From Eledone cirrhosa (lineage: Eukaryota): 64,000 nt of DNA. Positions 58,651-64,000 of this stretch are shown here, piece by piece (positions within the stretch are counted from its first letter, which is position 1; the number at the start of each line of letters is the position of its first letter). The notes under the pieces are model-generated. The model was not told the DNA's origin and did not search any database. It was given only the letters and a program-made list of their open reading frames with translations. Location: the NCBI GenBank assembly GCA_964016885.1, contig OZ024743.1, positions 40,486,001 through 40,550,000 of the forward strand, read 5' to 3'. Made by a program: the position numbers and the translations under genes.

Positions 58651-61345
58651 CTTTATAACTTTGGGTACACACTAAAGGTGATACCAAAATCATTTGTGCT
58701 AAGCTGATGGAATATTTCCCACATCATACAGATAATGCAACGCTCACGCGACGTTGAAGAGAATAAAGTTTGAGCTTTTCTAATCGACCCCATGAGTCAA
58801 GGCCTGTCATGCCAACTATCTTATTTGTAATTGACCTTTGGCTTGCTTCAACTTTCATGATACTTTGTTTCGTGTGGGGTGACCAAAGTGGACAACAGTA
58901 TTCTAGGTGGAGTCGGGCAAAATTGGAGAAGAGAAGCACAACAGTGTGGTTATCTCTCGACTGGACAGTTCTGAGATCCAGGAACATATTCTGCAGGCCA
59001 TATCAACTTTGCTGTTTATATGAGTGGCCTAGCTTATATTGTTGTCCACAATTACTCCCAGGTCTCTGATGTTATTGGAAGCCACTTGAGTTCCACCCGA
59101 AGGAAGAGTGTATGGTAGTTTCAGGGCATCCTTTTTTTCCCAAAGTGGATTAGTTCAAAGTTATCCTCATTCAACAGCATATTATTCATCTATGCCCATT
59201 GGATAACAGCCAGTAGGTCTGACTGAAGGCAAGTCCGGTCACCCACCTCATTGATGACCTTTTGGAGCTTGGAATTATCTGCGAAGATTCTGATGTTGCT
59301 GTGTTTGATGATGTCAGTAATGTCATTAATGTAGACGATGAAAAGAAGTGGGCCCAACACAGTGCCTTGTGGGACGCCACTGCTGACTTTGGCAGGGCTT
59401 GATTTTACTCCTTCGACTACAACATGCTGGGTTATGCCTGTCAGGAAACATTTGATCCACTGTAGTAACCTTCAGAGACACCAACATTGGATAGTTTTTT
59501 CAGTAGAATTTTATGATCAACGCTGTTGAAGGTCTTGCTGAAATCAAGGTAGATGACATCAGTATTGGAGCCCTCTCCCAAGGCTCTCAAAGCATCCTCA
59601 AAGTGATGCAGGAGCTGCGTTAGGCAGTCCCTTCAATTACGGAATCCATGTTGGTTGGAGTTCAGCAGGCCGTTGCTTTCAAGAAAGTGGGTTATTCGTG
59701 ATCTCACCACCCTCTCAAATACCTTGATAATATGAGAGGTGAGTGAGATCGGACGGTAGTTCACTGCAAGGGACTTATTTCCCTTTTTGAAGACTGGGAC
59801 AACGGACAGGGACAGAAAGTTTTCAGGAATATAGCCAGTGTCCAGTGAGTTCCTCCACAGATTAGCAAGAGGAGTTGCAAGTTGGTGTCGACACACCTTC
59901 ATGACACAAGCAGGGAACCTGTCGGGGCCTACTGCTGAATTGTGTTTAATTTCGTTTATTGCCGCTAGGACATCAGGGGCGCCAAACGTTATGTCTGATA
60001 TAGTGTTCTGGGGGTTAATATCACTGATACGGCCCAGATCGGCCATATCAGTGTTGCTGAAAACAGAACAGTATTGCTTCTGCAGTATCTCGCCCATTGT
60101 TTTGGCATTGTCCTGGAGTGTGCCATTTTCATCAACCAGGGGGCCAACAGTGGAGTCGGTGACCTTGTGGTTTTAGCGAATGAGAAGAACACTTTGGGTT
60201 GAGTTTTATTTTCTCAATGGCCCATCTCTGCAGCTATTCTCTGGTTATTGACGATAGTCATCATGCATTGCTGGAGGTTATATTTGTTTGCCTCAAGCAG
60301 GGTGATAGCCATTGAATGTGTGTGTTGCTGTTGGCAGTATTTTAGTGTTAATTTTTTTGTTTGTTCTTTTTATTTTTCTGATAATTGTTTTTCTGTTTTG
60401 GGGGATACTGCACTTGGTTTTGTTCACAGGTTTAGGTGGGGTGTGTTTTGTACATATATTTGTGACAGTGTCTACAAAGATCTGCCAAGATGTTTTGATG
60501 TTGGTGGAAGTGTGTGTGTGTGTAAAAGACCAGTTGACATGTGATAGTTCGTTCATAATTGCAGCCCAGTTGGCATTGTGGAGATTCATGTTATCAATTG
60601 GTGGGCTGGAGAGAGGACACTGCGATTAGCTTTCGGCTGGTGGAATCTCAGGTTACAAGGAATCATGTAATGGTCTGAGAGAAGGGTTTTTCCACTGTAA
60701 TATTATGTATAGTGTTAGTGTGGTTACTAAACACTAGATCCAGAATGTTCTTCTGATGCCTCGTTTGTGCAAGGACAAGTCGGGACAGGAAAAAATCATT
60801 CATGAAGTCAAGAAGTGACTCGACAGCCCCTTTGTCAGTGGTTGAGACGGTGGAAACTGGTTTCAAACTACATGTAGACATATCGACACAGGGTAGATTA
60901 AAGTCTCCCATCGGAAGTATGTTGCTAGAATGGCACTGTTTAATAAAGCATTTAACACTGTTGAGGCATTCTTTGAAACAGATTATGAGTGTTTGTGATG
61001 GACTATAGAGCCCAACTAATGTCAGGTCATTGGCTTTATTGTGCAGAGTGACTGATTCACAGTATCCATTAGAGAATGTTGGGGTGCCATCTGCCGTAAA
61101 GGAATCATGCAGAAAAATGGCAGTTCCACCCTTCCTTCTGCCAACACGATCCGCACGGATGGTTGTGAAATTTATCACGCTTACTTCGGCCTCCAAGTGG
61201 GAGTTGTCAAGGTGGGTCTCAGTAAGGATGAAGAAGGGGATGTGAAATGGATGGTTACCAACCCAATCCTCAATGAATTGGATCTTCCATTTCTGTGCAT
61301 TGATGAATGGGCTGATACATTGTGTATTGAGTAAGAATGAATGTA
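58650..61345 (-). pseudogene. CR1/L2-group LINE ORF2 remnant (APE endonuclease plus RT)
   Basis: LTETHL, GGTAIFL, GDFNLP, LDLVFSN (APE); GPDRFP, YRPISLTS, QHGFR, SGVPQGTVLGPLLF, IFADN (RT); LEYCCPLWSP..LYSLQRR. Confidence 0.92.
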
Positions 61346-61358
61346 ATATATATAGATA

Positions 61359-61413
<55 letters not shown>

Positions 61414-61430
61414 ATATATATATATATATA

Positions 61431-61892
61431 TAACAATAATATATGTAGTAATAAACACAGTAAATCGTGTGTCAAATATTTCGAGGGTGTCCAATATATT
61501 TCGGCTCCCTCCCTAGGTGACCTATAAAGTTGCGTGTATTTGACTGTTATTTCTGACCAATACACTCACACCACTTTTGACTTACGGCACACGAGGTGAA
61601 GATTTCATTTTTCTGTGTGAACGTTAGTATTAGGTGTTTGTCGCATTTAATCAGATTCTCTAGCTGATGATGCCCGTGGATTATCTGTTACAAACACACC
61701 CAGGGCGAAACAGATTAATCCCTAATCTGTCCGAGAGATGTAATTGTTATTGAGGCGATTTGTATAATTTAATTTTATTTTTATCATTCTGTCTGCTTCA
61801 TGGTTAAATATTTCAAACAAACGTGGTTCTTCAACCCTCGTAATATTAGACACACGATTTACTGTGTTTGTTACTATATATATTTTTGTTAT
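61431..61892 (+). mobile_element. Non-coding element with inverted ends of about 60 bp and an internal hammerhead (solo pLTR-like)
   Basis: aaacacagtaaatcgtgtgtc..cgaggg versus ccctcg..gacacacgatttactgtgttt. Confidence 0.75.
61657..61738 (+). ncRNA. Canonical monomeric type I hammerhead
   Basis: tctctag CTGATGA t-gccc-g-tgg..cca-gggc GAAA cagatta-atccc-taatctg TC cgagaga; GUC site. Confidence 0.88.
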
Positions 61893-61958
61893 AATGCTCA
61901 GTATTTATACTTTGAGGTTGTTAATTACAGGGTTTCAGTATGAGTTATTAACTCTACC

Positions 61959-61989
<31 letters not shown>

Positions 61990-61996
<7 letters not shown>

Positions 61997-62765
61997 ATGC
62001 TTTGGGAGGGTCATGTTGCCAATAAGAAACACACACACCAGTTGCTTTCACTCCAATTTATTATAAATTAAATTTATAAATTTAAGAATTTATAAATTTT
62101 CCGTTGGTTGGTTGGTTCCATAACCGGACGGTTGTTCATATATTGTCAAAGTTCTTTCGTCACACATTCTGTGACCTCTTCAATGACTGGGGATTCTTTT
62201 CTTTGTTTTGTGCCTCTCCTTTGCTCTGTCCTACGCCATCTTGTTTTTGTGTGTGTTGTGTGCTTAGTTTGTGCATGTGTTACATCCAGGTGTCTGTGTG
62301 TGTTTTTATTTGTTTATTTATTTGTTTATTTACATGTTACTGGCTGGTTGTTTGTTCTATGTGTGTATTTTCATTATGTCCTTAATTGTAAGTTGTGATC
62401 TTGCTATTCCATTCATGTTCTCTATTTAATTTTGGTTGAAGTTCATTTATGCTTATTGCCTCTGTAATTTGTCTAAACAGTTCGTCTTTTCTGTGTGTAG
62501 ATTCTATTTTTATTTCTATGTTCTCTAATTTGCCCTTATGTTCTATTTTAGCATGTTGGTGGAGTATTGATGATTCTTTTTTATCTTGAAGTTCTCGCCA
62601 GTGTTCATTTAACCGTTCTCCTATACTACCAGCTGTCTCACCTATGTACACTATATTCTTATCTTTACATTGTCCTTCAGTACATTTTATGCTATATACT
62701 ACATTTCTAGTTTTACAGTTAATATGGGGGCTTAGTTTACAGATTATACATTACTTATCTATAGA
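61990..62765 (-). mobile_element. Family D PLE 3' end (GIY-YIG, tentatively Nematis-like), left arm
   Basis: ORF 62382-62651: YIGETAGSIGERLNEH..RQITEAI..LN. HHR copy at 62145-62188. Confidence 0.88.
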
Positions 62766-62789
62766 TAAGACCTCCCTGTATAGATCAGA

Positions 62790-63597
62790 AATGAATAATA
62801 TGTAAACTAAGACCCCATATTAATTGTTAAACTAGAAATGTAGTATATAGCATAAGATGTACTGAAGGACAATGTAAAAATAAGAATATAGTGTACATAG
62901 GTGAGACAGCTCGTAGTATAGAAGAACGATTAAATGAACACTGGCGAGAACTTCAAGATAGAAAAGAATCATTAATACTCCACCAACATGCTAAAATAGA
63001 ACATAAGGGCAAATTAGAGAACATAGAAATAAAAATAGAATCTACACACAGAAAAGACGCATTGTTTAGACAAATCACAGAGGCAATAAAGATAAATGAA
63101 CTCCAACCAAATTAAATAGAAAACATGAATGGAATAGCAAGATCACAACTTTTCAATTAAGGACAAAATGAAAACACACACACACATAAAACAAACAACC
63201 AACCAGTAACATGTAAATAAACAAATAAATAAACAAATAAAAACAGACTCAGACACCAGGATGTAACACATGCGCAAACTAATCACACAACACACACAAA
63301 AACAAGATGGTGTAGGACAGAAAAAAGGGGAGGCACAAAACAAAGAAAAGAATCCCCAATCACTGAAGAGGTCACAGAATGTGTGACGAAATAACTTTGA
63401 AAATATATGAACAACCGTCCGGTTATGGAACCAACCAACCAACGGGAAATTTATAAATTCTTAAATTTATAATAAATTGGAGTGAAGCAACTGGTGCGTG
63501 AGTTTCTTATTGGCAACATGACCCTCCCAAAGCATAACAATATCGGTTTCAACAGACGTTTTCAGATAAAGAATCTTGCTAAACAAATTCAGAAACG

Positions 63598-63600
<3 letters not shown>
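62790..63600 (+). mobile_element. Family D PLE 3' end, right arm
   Basis: ORF 62891-63115; decayed HHR at 63358-63401; ends in (TA)n. Confidence 0.88.
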
Positions 63601-63670
<70 letters not shown>

Positions 63671-63845
63671 CAACGATGGTTGCTAGACACTGTACGGCTT
63701 AATTCGGGATGTTTGCTTACAAACACACCGAGTATTATAATAAATATTCGGTGAATCCATACGTACATATATATATGTGTGCATGTATGTATATATATAC
63801 ATACTACTGTACGTCTGTATACATATATGCATGTACGTATACATA

Positions 63846-63905
<60 letters not shown>

Positions 63906-64000
63906 CATATTTATATATATATATATATACTACACATACACACTACTCAGAAAATGACTTATACATTATAAACTAAACAAACTCGATATACACAGGAACG

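Noticed and set aside
60663-61565. 300-aa ORF as an intact protein
   Set aside because: It is a chimera of a non-coding element, microsatellite and LINE endonuclease; only about 60663-61345 is LINE-derived.

Overview
This is AT-rich animal genomic DNA, not prokaryotic. It is saturated with (TA)n/(CA)n/(GA)n microsatellites and transposon remnants, and the SINE content suggests an octopus-like cephalopod (inference). I found no intact host gene; most listed ORFs are microsatellite translations. The dominant content is Penelope-like elements (PLEs: RT plus GIY-YIG) from several families: Naiad-like, Neptune-like and a tentatively Nematis-like one. There are also CR1-group, RTE, CRE-like and R4/Dong-like LINE fossils, Helitrons and tRNA-derived SINEs. 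The most striking signal is about 20 type I hammerhead ribozyme (HHR) motifs in the PLE terminal repeats (pLTRs), folded by eye. They include family-fixed non-canonical cores (CAGAAGA with a U.U at the stem II base and a CUU site, UUGAAAA, GCAA, CCGAUGA), and one family shows a compensatory stem I change. PLE ends repeatedly form head-to-head fold-backs (about 50 bp to 5 kb), in most cases with 3' ends in (TA)n, and two fragments begin at a predicted cleavage site. All structures are manual predictions and boundaries are approximate.
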